DNA of 64,000 nt, taken from the IMG/VR virus record IMGVR_UViG_3300017782_006724; one strand, given 5' to 3'. Origin of the DNA: an uncultured virus (IMG/VR IMGVR_UViG_3300017782_006724) (Duplodnaviria; Heunggongvirae; Uroviricota; Caudoviricetes). The notes beneath the pieces were generated by a model. It saw nothing but the letters and a program-made list of their open reading frames with translations, had not been told where the DNA came from and did not search any database. Shown here one piece after another: positions 47,282 through 55,926 of this stretch; position 1 is the first letter of the stretch; every line of letters begins with the position of its first letter. Position numbers and translations under genes: made by a program.

Positions 47282-47761
47282 ATGATTACTGAAAAGGATG
47301 TTATCGCCACAGTTAAATTGTGTATGAAGGAACTTCGTAAAAAGAAGTATGAATTAAATCTTACTCCTGACGATACAAAAAAAGCATTAAGGTACCTGAA
47401 AACATATAATAGAACAAACGGTCGATCGTATGGAGGTTTCTGTATATTAAGTGTTAACCTTAAGTGTTGGCAGTTTGGTAATAAACGTTGGTCCGAATAT
47501 AAAAGGTTTAACGATAATAAAGTGATTGGCGCTATTGATGTGATCGATGACGATGATATCCTACTGTTATTGGTTGCACACGAGGTATCACACTTTGTTC
47601 AATACACTTGTAGATCATCAATGCCAAAATATCTAAACGAAAAGGCACGTGCAGATAAAGGACATGGTGAATGTTTCCAAACCATATATCGATACCTCCG
47701 TGAAGGTTTGGTAAACCCAAGTATTAAAGCAAAAATGGAATACACAGGAGTTGCAGCATGA
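47282..47761 (+). CDS. SprT-like HExxH metalloprotein
   Basis: AHEVSH..Q and HG..F; GGAG RBS before ATG 47282. Confidence 0.65.
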   Translation: MITEKDVIATVKLCMKELRKKKYELNLTPDDTKKALRYLKTYNRTNGRSYGGFCILSVNLKCWQFGNKRWSEYKRFNDNKVIGAIDVIDDDDILLLLVAHEVSHFVQYTCRSSMPKYLNEKARADKGHGECFQTIYRYLREGLVNPSIKAKMEYTGVAA

Positions 47762-48192
47762 ATGATGTTCAGGCCTTTGGTGCAACTAAATCAAAAAGAA
47801 TCCTTGCTAAGGATGTAGCATACTTTTGTATTAGTGAAATGATGCCACGTATAGAAACATTAGATGTGTGTATTAACCTTGATAAACTATCTGAGGTCGA
47901 TGGCTACTGTTTAGCAGTAACTAATAGGGAATTTAACCTTGAAATAGATAAAAGACTCTGCGAAGATGATTTCATTACTGCTGTATGCCATGAAATGGTA
48001 CACGTTAAACAGTTTGCTAGGGGTGAAACAAAAGATGTCAACCTATTCACTAAAAGGTGGAAAGGTGAGGAGTATCTTAGTGCGTATTCTACGGTGGATG
48101 AGTATATGCAATTGCCTTGGGAAAAGGAAGCGTATGAGTTACAGGAGGTGTTATGTAAATCATATAAGGTATTTAAGGATAAACAAAATTAA
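47758..48192 (+). CDS. HExxH zinc metallopeptidase-like protein
   Basis: CHEMVHVKQ, PWEKEAY. Confidence 0.8.
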   Translation: MNDVQAFGATKSKRILAKDVAYFCISEMMPRIETLDVCINLDKLSEVDGYCLAVTNREFNLEIDKRLCEDDFITAVCHEMVHVKQFARGETKDVNLFTKRWKGEEYLSAYSTVDEYMQLPWEKEAYELQEVLCKSYKVFKDKQN

Positions 48193-48245
48193 TTTAAAAA
48201 AACACTTTACATTACCTTAAGGTTGTGTTATAATAATATTATAAT
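48187..48245 (+). promoter_or_regulatory. Early promoter cassette
   Basis: TTTACA 48206-48211, TATAAT 48229-48234. Confidence 0.85.
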
Positions 48246-48262
48246 TGAAAAGGATGGGATAT

Positions 48263-48925
48263 ATGAAGGTTTATATTACGGCAGGTATTTTGGCTGGTTT
48301 ATATAATTGTTCACCAGCAATTGCAGACACTCCATGTGATTATATTCATAAAGTAGACTCTCAATTTACAAAACAAATTGATAAGACCGAAAACATTGAC
48401 AGAAAAGTATTTCCATATGTTGAAGATACACGTAAATGTGTTATGACTATGGATATTTTTATTGGTGGTGTTTCATATCCTGGTGAAGGAGAATTTGTTT
48501 TTGGTCCAGATATATCCGAAAATATGGCATGTAAAAATGCAATGCAGAAAGCAAAAGAAAAAGTTATCAGATCAGTCTCTCCAGAAATATTAAACGCCAA
48601 AACAGACATGTCGTGTGAACAAAAACATATCGTACCTGCACAAACCACACCAGTGAAAATAGAACCTATAAAAGTAAAGCCTGTCAAAAGGGTAACATAT
48701 CAAAAACCTATAGAAAAAGTATTATATCGAGAACCTGTAGAAAGAGTGATATACCAAGAACCTATAACTACTACCACTACTACACGTGTGGTTTATAGTG
48801 AACCAATTGTGACGGAACGTATCATATATACTGAACCACAATACAATAATAGAAATATAATTACTCCAAATTTAATTGGAACCGCGATCGCGGCTTTTTC
48901 TATTTTTAACCTCATGAAAAGATAA
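48263..48925 (+). CDS. Secreted hypothetical protein with (E/K)(R/K)V.Y.EP repeats
   Basis: Signal-like N-terminus; five short C-terminal repeats. Confidence 0.65.
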   Translation: MKVYITAGILAGLYNCSPAIADTPCDYIHKVDSQFTKQIDKTENIDRKVFPYVEDTRKCVMTMDIFIGGVSYPGEGEFVFGPDISENMACKNAMQKAKEKVIRSVSPEILNAKTDMSCEQKHIVPAQTTPVKIEPIKVKPVKRVTYQKPIEKVLYREPVERVIYQEPITTTTTTRVVYSEPIVTERIIYTEPQYNNRNIITPNLIGTAIAAFSIFNLMKR

Positions 48926-48934
48926 GGAAACATC

Positions 48935-49597
48935 ATGAAAAATTATATTATGTTAGCAGCAGCATGTACAGCGTTAGGTGCATGTAGTCAAACTAAATCA
49001 GTTTCAACCTTGGAAAAGAAAATCCCTACAACATACACTGAGCAAGTTGATGTAGTTAAAGAGCAAGTCGCAATTATTCCGGATTGGTATTTAACACCAC
49101 CAAAGAATGAAAAAGCCATTTATTCCTCTGGAACTTCGGCATCACCAGATTTACAGTTATCCATGGACATTGCCATTCTAAATGCTAAAACAATTTTGGC
49201 CGATAGAATAAACGGTAGGGTAAGATCCAAAACAAAATCATTTATCTCTAGAATTGGTAGTGATGTTGATGCCGCAGTACTTCAAGAAGTAGAAAAGGCA
49301 ACAACCAATTTAATCGCAGATGTTGATGTTGGTGGTTATAGAGTAGATAAATCCGATGTTAAAGTTAATGGTAGATATTACAGAGCATATGTTCTTCTTG
49401 AATATACTGATTCCGAAGCAAATAAAATTATCATGAATAGACTTCGTAAGGATCGTATTCTTCTCTCAAAAATTCGTTCAACCAAAGCCTTTAAAGATTT
49501 AGATGCCTCTGCAGAAAAGCAACATGAAGCCGACAGTATTGAATCTGAAAATAATGCTAAACTTGAACTTGGAATCATTGGTGATAAAAATGATTAA
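48935..49597 (+). CDS. LPP20-like lipoprotein
   Basis: Lipobox LGAC; IPDWY..P, A.LNAK..LADRI. Confidence 0.75.
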   Translation: MKNYIMLAAACTALGACSQTKSVSTLEKKIPTTYTEQVDVVKEQVAIIPDWYLTPPKNEKAIYSSGTSASPDLQLSMDIAILNAKTILADRINGRVRSKTKSFISRIGSDVDAAVLQEVEKATTNLIADVDVGGYRVDKSDVKVNGRYYRAYVLLEYTDSEANKIIMNRLRKDRILLSKIRSTKAFKDLDASAEKQHEADSIESENNAKLELGIIGDKND

Positions 49598-50040
49598 AGC
49601 ACTTTTTTTTATGGCCATAGGCGCTGCGGCAGCATACGGATATTTAAATCCAAGTGATGTCGACGGTATGGTTGATATTGGAAAGCAAAGTATCCATAAA
49701 GGTGCTACAGTAATTCAGAAGGCAACAAAGTGATTGGTTCGTTATGGTTATTAGGTTAATACTTATTTCATTTCTACTTTCTGGTTGTGTCTCTACTGCT
49801 GAAGTTGTTGTAGAGTTATATCAAAAATGTACATATAGAGATCAATGTCCTATACTGGATAGGTTTAGATGAAAAAGAAAATAGACACAAGGCGAGATGC
49901 TTGGGATAGAGATTATATGGGTGATCATTATGTAAAGCCCGAGCCAACAAGTACCAAGCAAATTTCTAATGCAGCACCAGTATTTGTATTTGCATTTTTC
50001 TTTATAGCAATATTAGTTATGGTAGGCAACAAATAGTAAC

Positions 50041-50120
50041 TTTTTTTAAATTAATTCAAAAAAACACTTTACATTTGTATTTTTATGTGATATAATAGTA
50101 CTATAAAATGAAAGAGGAAA
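50041..50120 (+). promoter_or_regulatory. Early promoter cassette
   Basis: TTTACA 50068-50073, TATAAT 50091-50096. Confidence 0.9.
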
Positions 50121-50126
50121 TGTTTT

Positions 50127-50456
50127 ATGATTAAAGTTTACCAAATAGATAACCAAAAATTCTTTGAAAAGAATAAAACCTCATCACTAATGTATGAACC
50201 AGACTATCCACAGTTTAATAATACAACGGTTTTAAATGCATTTAAAAGTGGTGAGTATGTCCATGTTGCAGATTTGGATGTTGATACTCTTGATGAGGCA
50301 TTCGAGGTTGGTAATATAGGACCTGAAGAGAAATATACTCGGTATGAGAGAATGCGTTCTGTTTCAGTTGGAGATGTTTTAATGATGGAAGATGATCCTA
50401 ATATCTATGTAGTTGCTGGTCTTGGTTTTGTAATGGTAGGATTACCATTAATTTAA
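50127..50456 (+). CDS. Early YodL-like hypothetical protein
   Basis: VYQI...Y.HVA..L.EAF..GN...MRSVSVGD. Confidence 0.65.
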   Translation: MIKVYQIDNQKFFEKNKTSSLMYEPDYPQFNNTTVLNAFKSGEYVHVADLDVDTLDEAFEVGNIGPEEKYTRYERMRSVSVGDVLMMEDDPNIYVVAGLGFVMVGLPLI

Positions 50457-50535
50457 ATTAATTTAAAAAAAGTGCAGAAAACACTTTACATTGCCTAATT
50501 TATGTGATATAATAGTACTATAAAATGATAAAGGA
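50452..50535 (+). promoter_or_regulatory. Early promoter cassette
   Basis: TTTACA 50485-50490, TATAAT 50508-50513. Confidence 0.9.
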
Positions 50536-50749
50536 AAATGAAAATATGTCAAAACCAATCTCAACCTCATCTCTTAAGACTTTAATCTTAACATCTAAAA
50601 AGCCTAAGTATCATATTGAAATATTACTTAGAACTCTTCCTTACACTATTAAGCAAGAAGCTAAAAGAAATAATTCAAATATGAAGATATTAAAAGATCT
50701 TACTAATAAGTATACAATGGTTCAAAAACTATCTGAGGAGATTATATAA
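50525..50749 (+). CDS. Early hypothetical protein (true start likely MSKP)
   Basis: Downstream of the promoter/RBS. Confidence 0.6.
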   Translation: MIKENENMSKPISTSSLKTLILTSKKPKYHIEILLRTLPYTIKQEAKRNNSNMKILKDLTNKYTMVQKLSEEII

Positions 50750-51165
50750 TGGAACAGGCTCTTAGAGATTATATTAATGCGCAACGTAAAGAAGCTAGAG
50801 AATTCTCTAAGCAACCGGACTGTTGGATGGGTTCTATGGCCTCTACTTTAAATACCAAGTATTGGAACGAAAGAGTTCCTACTGGTACTCTTAAAGAGTT
50901 CAAGCGTATTGAGCTAGAAGAGTCTGCGTATTACTGTATTGCAGATGCATATAGTAAATCATATGCTCGTAGTATTGATTTCTCTTGGTACTCTGATAAA
51001 GAGCTCAAAAAAGAAATTGATCAAGCTTGTGCACATATGGAAGCAGAGCGTAAGTTTTACGAAGAAGAAGAAAAGAAAGCTCAGGAAGAAGAAGCTAAGT
51101 TGGCCAAAGATCTCAACATTGATGTTGATACACTTAAACGATGGATGAAACAAGAAGCAGCGTAA
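50749..51165 (+). CDS. Early hypothetical protein
   Basis: GAGGAG RBS; ends TLKRWMKQEAA. Confidence 0.7.
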   Translation: MEQALRDYINAQRKEAREFSKQPDCWMGSMASTLNTKYWNERVPTGTLKEFKRIELEESAYYCIADAYSKSYARSIDFSWYSDKELKKEIDQACAHMEAERKFYEEEEKKAQEEEAKLAKDLNIDVDTLKRWMKQEAA

Positions 51166-51168
51166 TTA

Positions 51169-51252
51169 CGCATACCTGAAAGTATGTGAACCAGTTAGAA
51201 ACTACACACCCACTCCTCATTTTCATTTTATCATATTGGGTGTGTGGTTTCT
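51169..51252 (+). ncRNA. Putative structured small RNA (two hairpins; 24-nt loop antisense to early leaders/RBS)
   Basis: CGCATAC/GTATGTG stem and a 16-bp stem AGAAACTACACACCCA/TGGGTGTGTGGTTTCT; G.U pairs favour the + strand. Confidence 0.55.
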
Positions 51253-51332
51253 CTCTAAATTAATTAATTATTAGCTCAAAATTTTCTAAAAAAATGTATA
51301 TATACTAGGATTTATAAAATAAAGGTAACCCC

Positions 51333-52154
51333 ATGACACAACTTATATCGCCCCAAAAATTTACAGACACCGTTGGCCTTTTAAGGTCATTTTTTTTAGA
51401 GAAAGGCTTTTTAGAAGTACACACTCAAAACAGACTATCAATACTTGCTGCTTGTGAAGATCCATTTAATGTAGCAACATATAACTATGCCAATGAAGTA
51501 TGGCCACTACCACAGACAGGTCAGATGTGGTTAGAACATGAATTACTTAGCAAACCTGATTCAAAGGGATTCTTTTGTGTATCAACATCCTATAGACAAG
51601 AACCTAATGCAATACCAGGAAGACATGATATAATATTTCCAATGTTTGAATTTGAAATGCCTGGTAATGTACATGATCTTGCAAGAATGGAATATGAACT
51701 TGTTGAATACTTAGGGTTTAAAAAACCAGAAGAAAGAACCTACGGAAAATGGCAACAATTTTTTGGTTTAAGACTAGACCAAGAATTAGAAGCAGAACAT
51801 GAAACAAAGATGTATAATGAATTTGGTACTGCAATGATAACTAATTTTCCAGAAATGACATCACCATTTTGGAACATGGCACGTTATTGGGATGGCGAAA
51901 CTAGTAAGAAGATTGATGTGATATTAGGAGGAATGGAAACAATAGGATCTGCCGAAAGATCTACAAATGTGGATCAAATGCGTAACACCTTTTATTCAAT
52001 AACTAATGGTGCTTACTCTAAATTATTGTTTGAATTATTTGGAAAAGAAAGAGTTGAAGCAGAATTAGAAGAGTTCCTAAAGTTTGATTTCTTTCCACGT
52101 GTTGGTGGTGGTATTGGTTTGACAAGAATGATTGCGGCTTTGGACTTAAAATAA
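51333..52154 (+). CDS. Class IIb aminoacyl-tRNA synthetase-like catalytic domain (AsnRS/AspRS/LysRS family), no anticodon-binding domain
   Basis: Motif 1 GFLEVHT, LPQTGQMWLE, motif 2 SYRQE...RH..F.M.E.E, E.IGSAER, motif 3 GGGIGLTR; only 273 aa. Confidence 0.9.
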   Translation: MTQLISPQKFTDTVGLLRSFFLEKGFLEVHTQNRLSILAACEDPFNVATYNYANEVWPLPQTGQMWLEHELLSKPDSKGFFCVSTSYRQEPNAIPGRHDIIFPMFEFEMPGNVHDLARMEYELVEYLGFKKPEERTYGKWQQFFGLRLDQELEAEHETKMYNEFGTAMITNFPEMTSPFWNMARYWDGETSKKIDVILGGMETIGSAERSTNVDQMRNTFYSITNGAYSKLLFELFGKERVEAELEEFLKFDFFPRVGGGIGLTRMIAALDLK

Positions 52155-52158
52155 TTAA

Positions 52159-52247
52159 TCTGGAGTGGCGAAATTGGTAGACGCGATAGGTTGTTTCCCT
52201 GTTGTCTTAAGCGAGACGTGGTGGTTCGAGTCCATCCTCCAGAGCCA
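52159..52247 (+). tRNA. Atypical tRNA, anticodon GUU (Asn), long variable arm, encoded CCA
   Basis: Acceptor TCTGGAG/CTCCAGA-G-CCA; D arm GCG..TGGTAGA..CGC; anticodon arm ATAGG-TTGTTTC-CCTGT; V-arm GTCTT-AAGC-GAGAC; T arm GGTGG-TTCGAGT-CCATC. Confidence 0.88.
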
Positions 52248-52257
52248 ATCAAAAATA

Positions 52258-52335
52258 ATTTAATTTTTTTTAAAAAAACACTTTACAAGACGTTAAAAGT
52301 ATGGTATAATAGTACTATAAAATGATAAAGGAAAT
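52258..52335 (+). promoter_or_regulatory. Early promoter cassette
   Basis: TTTACA 52282-52287, TATAAT 52305-52310. Confidence 0.9.
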
Positions 52336-52342
52336 GAAAATT

Positions 52343-52645
52343 ATGTCAAATATTGTAATCACAAAAAATATGTCAACAGAAGAACGTCTTGTGGTTCTTA
52401 AAGAGACCCATCAAAAGATTCTTAAAAAGCAGTCTATTCGTGCCAGACTTGCAGAAGGTGCTCGTCGTGTTCGTAAATGGACTGATGAGGTTGAGACTAC
52501 TAAAGAAAAGAAACTCAACGATAGTATATCCAAAATGGACGAAAACCACAACCATTATCAAGATGGTTCAACATATCTTGCCAAACATTATGGATCCCGT
52601 CTTGCGGATCAGAAATCATATGAGTCCGAAGAAGGTTGGAATTAA
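52343..52645 (+). CDS. Early hypothetical protein
   Basis: Downstream of the promoter/RBS. Confidence 0.65.
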   Translation: MSNIVITKNMSTEERLVVLKETHQKILKKQSIRARLAEGARRVRKWTDEVETTKEKKLNDSISKMDENHNHYQDGSTYLAKHYGSRLADQKSYESEEGWN

Positions 52646-53022
52646 TGAGTGGAATGCATTTGGTTCGTGGCATGTCGTCACTAAATAATAAAAAGCGCAA
52701 GGTTAAGAAAAAAGCTGGTTGGCGTGAAACAGAAATTCAGCACGAGAAATGGTTACGTTCTCGTGGTTGTCACCCGGATCAGTTAAAACAAGTAATTAAA
52801 AAATTTAAAGACCATGAATTCACGAAACCGTTTTTACGCACAACAGAAACTTATCCGAGTCTCAAGACGTCGAACAATTGTTCTGGGTCAACTGCAAAAG
52901 CAGAACCTAAACAATACTCTGGCGACTACATTACTGGACTCGCCACCATGCACAAATCAAATACAGTGCCAGTTGGCAGAGGAACAGATCCCAAAGAATA
53001 TGCACAAATGAGAAGGAATTAG
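52636..53022 (+). CDS. Conserved T4-like small basic protein
   Basis: YSG..I.G.ATMHKSN.VPV...MRRN. Confidence 0.7.
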   Translation: MELMSGMHLVRGMSSLNNKKRKVKKKAGWRETEIQHEKWLRSRGCHPDQLKQVIKKFKDHEFTKPFLRTTETYPSLKTSNNCSGSTAKAEPKQYSGDYITGLATMHKSNTVPVGRGTDPKEYAQMRRN

Positions 53023-53023
53023 T

Positions 53024-53251
53024 ATGAAAATGCATTATGAAAAAACTATAGAATTGCACTGTACTGATACCGATAAGGAACTTATTGCTGAAGTAGATCA
53101 TTTTAAGGAAAAGGTTCACCTTGATGCATATATAGCAAATAATAGAATTAGAATGAAATGGAATGGTAAAGTGTATGTTGGCAATAGTGCTGGTTTAGAA
53201 TTTACTTCTGATGGCCCAATTATGCATTTTGAAAAACAAGGGAGAATATAA
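53024..53251 (+). CDS. Hypothetical protein
   Basis: YVGN.AGLEF.S.GP motif; AAGGA RBS. Confidence 0.65.
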   Translation: MKMHYEKTIELHCTDTDKELIAEVDHFKEKVHLDAYIANNRIRMKWNGKVYVGNSAGLEFTSDGPIMHFEKQGRI

Positions 53252-53712
53252 TGTTAACAGAGGCTTTATTTTGTTTGGCATTAAATGCATATCACGAGGC
53301 ACGTAATCAAGATATCAGAGGCATGATTGCCGTAACACAAGTTGTAATGCATCGTGTGGAATCCGATTTATATCCAAACACTCCATGTGATGTTATATAC
53401 CAAGGTCCTACTAGGGAAAGTTGGAAAACTAGACAATATGCAGATATGAAAGAAGAAGACAGGATATACTATCCAGTAAAACATCGGTGCCAATTCAGTT
53501 GGCATTGTGATGGTAAATCTGATACACCACATGATAATATTGCATGGGCGGAAGCTCAATTAGTTGCAGGTGGTGTATTATCTGGAAAATTATATAATGT
53601 TGTGGGTAAGTCTCTATGGTATCACGCTGATTATGTGAAACCAGATTGGGCGGAAAGTAAAAACAAATTTACACAAATTGGTAATCATATATTTTACGAA
53701 CGGAAAAACTAA
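53251..53712 (+). CDS. SleB-like cell wall hydrolase
   Basis: CLALN.YHEAR, V..RV, CQFSW.CDG, YHADYV.P.W, IGNHIFY. Confidence 0.9.
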   Translation: MLTEALFCLALNAYHEARNQDIRGMIAVTQVVMHRVESDLYPNTPCDVIYQGPTRESWKTRQYADMKEEDRIYYPVKHRCQFSWHCDGKSDTPHDNIAWAEAQLVAGGVLSGKLYNVVGKSLWYHADYVKPDWAESKNKFTQIGNHIFYERKN

Positions 53713-54308
53713 TGGAAGAAAAACAAATACTTTTAAGTGATTATATTAGGGTTTATGACAAGGTACTTGCGCCAGATCTTTGTGATAAGCTTATTAACAT
53801 GTTTGACCTATGTGACAAAAAAATTTATGATGATAATTGTAAAAAGTTTTCACAAATTAATCTAAATGACAATTCATCTTTTTTTCCTGATTTTAATAGG
53901 ATTGTTAACGTGTTTGCACAATGTGCAGAGGCATATAGAAGAGACGTACATGGAACTAATTTTATGCCACCAACAATAATAATGGAATCAATAAAGGTTA
54001 ACCGATATGAGTTAGATGGCTATTTTAAGGAACATGCTGACGCCAACGAGGCAGATACAATGATGCGCTATTTGTCAATGTTTGTATGTTTAACTGATAG
54101 CGGTGGTATAGAATTTTTTGATAATAAAATACCGGCAGAAACAGGAAAGGTGATTTGTTTTCCACCAAATTGGATGTTTCCTTATAGTGGATACGTAGGC
54201 GATAAACCAAGGTACATTATGGAATCATATTTGCATATTGAATTACCATCGGTTAAAAAAGCTAGGGAAAAGAAATCTGACGAATCTGCTCATGATTCAG
54301 ATGAATAA
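53712..54308 (+). CDS. 2OG-Fe(II) oxygenase (prolyl-hydroxylase-like; distal His apparently replaced)
   Basis: F.EHAD, GG..F, FPP.WMFPY.G, RYIM.SYLH. Confidence 0.7.
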   Translation: MEEKQILLSDYIRVYDKVLAPDLCDKLINMFDLCDKKIYDDNCKKFSQINLNDNSSFFPDFNRIVNVFAQCAEAYRRDVHGTNFMPPTIIMESIKVNRYELDGYFKEHADANEADTMMRYLSMFVCLTDSGGIEFFDNKIPAETGKVICFPPNWMFPYSGYVGDKPRYIMESYLHIELPSVKKAREKKSDESAHDSDE

Positions 54309-54326
54309 ACTTTATTAGGAGGTAAT

Positions 54327-54470
54327 ATGGCAAGAAATATATATGGTACTGCTAAAATTGAACGAACCTTTGTAAGAAAAGGTACTACAATAGGCCGAAA
54401 ACCAATTAAATCAACCATGAACAAAGATAAAAAACGTTCATTTAAAAAATATAGAGGACAAGGAAAATGA
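54327..54470 (+). CDS. Small basic protein (not in ORF track)
   Basis: AGGAGG RBS; ...MNKDKKRSFKKYRGQGK. Confidence 0.65.
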   Translation: MARNIYGTAKIERTFVRKGTTIGRKPIKSTMNKDKKRSFKKYRGQGK

Positions 54471-54706
54471 CTATGATGATGAAGGAACAACTTTTAAAAG
54501 CGGCAAAGATGCATGCTGAGGGTGAATATGAACGCGCCAAAACTAATGTGATGGTATATTTAAACCAATCAGTTGGAATTGGTGAACATTCAGATGTTGT
54601 TGAAGCTATCCAAACAGAATTGGATAAAATGGCTTCTGCAAATGATAGATTGGAAATGATTGATCTATTTGATTACGATGAATATAATGGACCACGTGCC
54701 GTTTAA
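54467..54706 (+). CDS. Conserved marine phage hypothetical protein
   Basis: VYL...VGIGEH.DVVEAI..EL. Confidence 0.75.
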   Translation: MTMMMKEQLLKAAKMHAEGEYERAKTNVMVYLNQSVGIGEHSDVVEAIQTELDKMASANDRLEMIDLFDYDEYNGPRAV

Positions 54707-54724
54707 AAAAAGTGAAAAAAACAC

Positions 54725-54753
54725 TTTACATTTACCAAGAAATGTGATAGAAT
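54725..54753 (+). promoter_or_regulatory. Early promoter
   Basis: ACACTTTACA then TAGAAT at 17 nt. Confidence 0.75.
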
Positions 54754-54783
54754 AGTATTCATAATGGTAAAAGGAGATGAAAC

Positions 54784-55926
54784 ATGGTAAAAGTTTCTGG
54801 TATTTCTAAAAAGAAACCTAAGAAAAAATTTGTAAGTAGAGCTCGTTACGGTCTAGTTAATATTCCTATTGACAAAGGATTTCAAGCGACCAAATATTAT
54901 ATGCATAATGAGGTCGACCGAAAAGATATTGCCGATATTCTTAAAAATTATATTAAGGCAAAATTTTCCAAGTCTGATGTGAAGGCTATTCTTACAAATC
55001 CAGAATATAAATTTACTACGTTTTCTCATCATTCTGCTACTGCGTATTGGTTAAATACCGAGCAGAAAGTTGATGAGTTAATCTCCCAGTACGTCGATGG
55101 ACTCAAACGATATTGCAATGAACTTTTGGAACGTGGAAAACTCCTTATAAAGGAAAAAGAGACTGAACAAAAGAACACTGACAATATCATTAGTCTATCT
55201 CCTCAACAAAAGCTTGAGCGTAAAATCGCACGTACCATTATGGTTGATCTGGACAATCTTGAAGATGCCTGGATCAATGATGAAAAGGCAGACATTAATG
55301 TTTATGACCTTTTCAGAAAGCATGGGTTAGGTGGATCGGCCACTTTACCTATACGACAGGTGGTTGAGGGATGGTTGCTTGATTATGGTGATGCATATCA
55401 CAAACGCTGCGAACAAGCAGTCGAGGGTTATGCACATTTGAAAAGACCTGAACTCAACCGCCGCATTAATGTTTGTGAGACTATTTTAAATGACCTGGAC
55501 AGAGTTAAATCTGCCGCCAAGGCAAATCGTACCGTGCGAATTAAGAGACCAGTTACAGCAGATAAACAAGTTTCAAAGGTTAATTATAAAAAGGAAGATT
55601 CAGAATTTAAATTGGTATCAATTACACCAGTAATGCTTATTGGTAAAAAACGATTATTTACCTTTAATACCAAATATAAGGAATTGTGTGAATACGTTAC
55701 CGAGGATCCAAAAGGGTTCACGATTAAAGGTACCACAATACAAAACTACGATGCTGATACCAGCCGAAGTGTTAAATTGAGAAAACCAAATGAGTTTTTA
55801 AATGTTGTTCAAAATAAAACACCAAGGCAGATTGATGTAGCGTGGAAAGGTCTAACAACTAAAACCAGTAAACCAAAAGGAAGATTAAATGCAGAAACAA
55901 TATTGCTTAGGGTGTTTGATAAATGA
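54784..55926 (+). CDS. Conserved T4-like protein upstream of gp33
   Basis: Long ORF; F.IKGTT..N...LRKP...GRLN..TILL. Confidence 0.75.
   Translation: MVKVSGISKKKPKKKFVSRARYGLVNIPIDKGFQATKYYMHNEVDRKDIADILKNYIKAKFSKSDVKAILTNPEYKFTTFSHHSATAYWLNTEQKVDELISQYVDGLKRYCNELLERGKLLIKEKETEQKNTDNIISLSPQQKLERKIARTIMVDLDNLEDAWINDEKADINVYDLFRKHGLGGSATLPIRQVVEGWLLDYGDAYHKRCEQAVEGYAHLKRPELNRRINVCETILNDLDRVKSAAKANRTVRIKRPVTADKQVSKVNYKKEDSEFKLVSITPVMLIGKKRLFTFNTKYKELCEYVTEDPKGFTIKGTTIQNYDADTSRSVKLRKPNEFLNVVQNKTPRQIDVAWKGLTTKTSKPKGRLNAETILLRVFDK

Noticed and set aside
52013..52252. Minus-strand 79-aa ORF
   Set aside because: Antisense to the tRNA and the synthetase 3' end.
1753..54760. Dispersed repeats read as a CRISPR array or insertion-sequence ends
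   Set aside because: Copies are kilobases apart, imperfect and coincide with -35/-10 promoter motifs; there are no regular spacers, cas genes or transposase.
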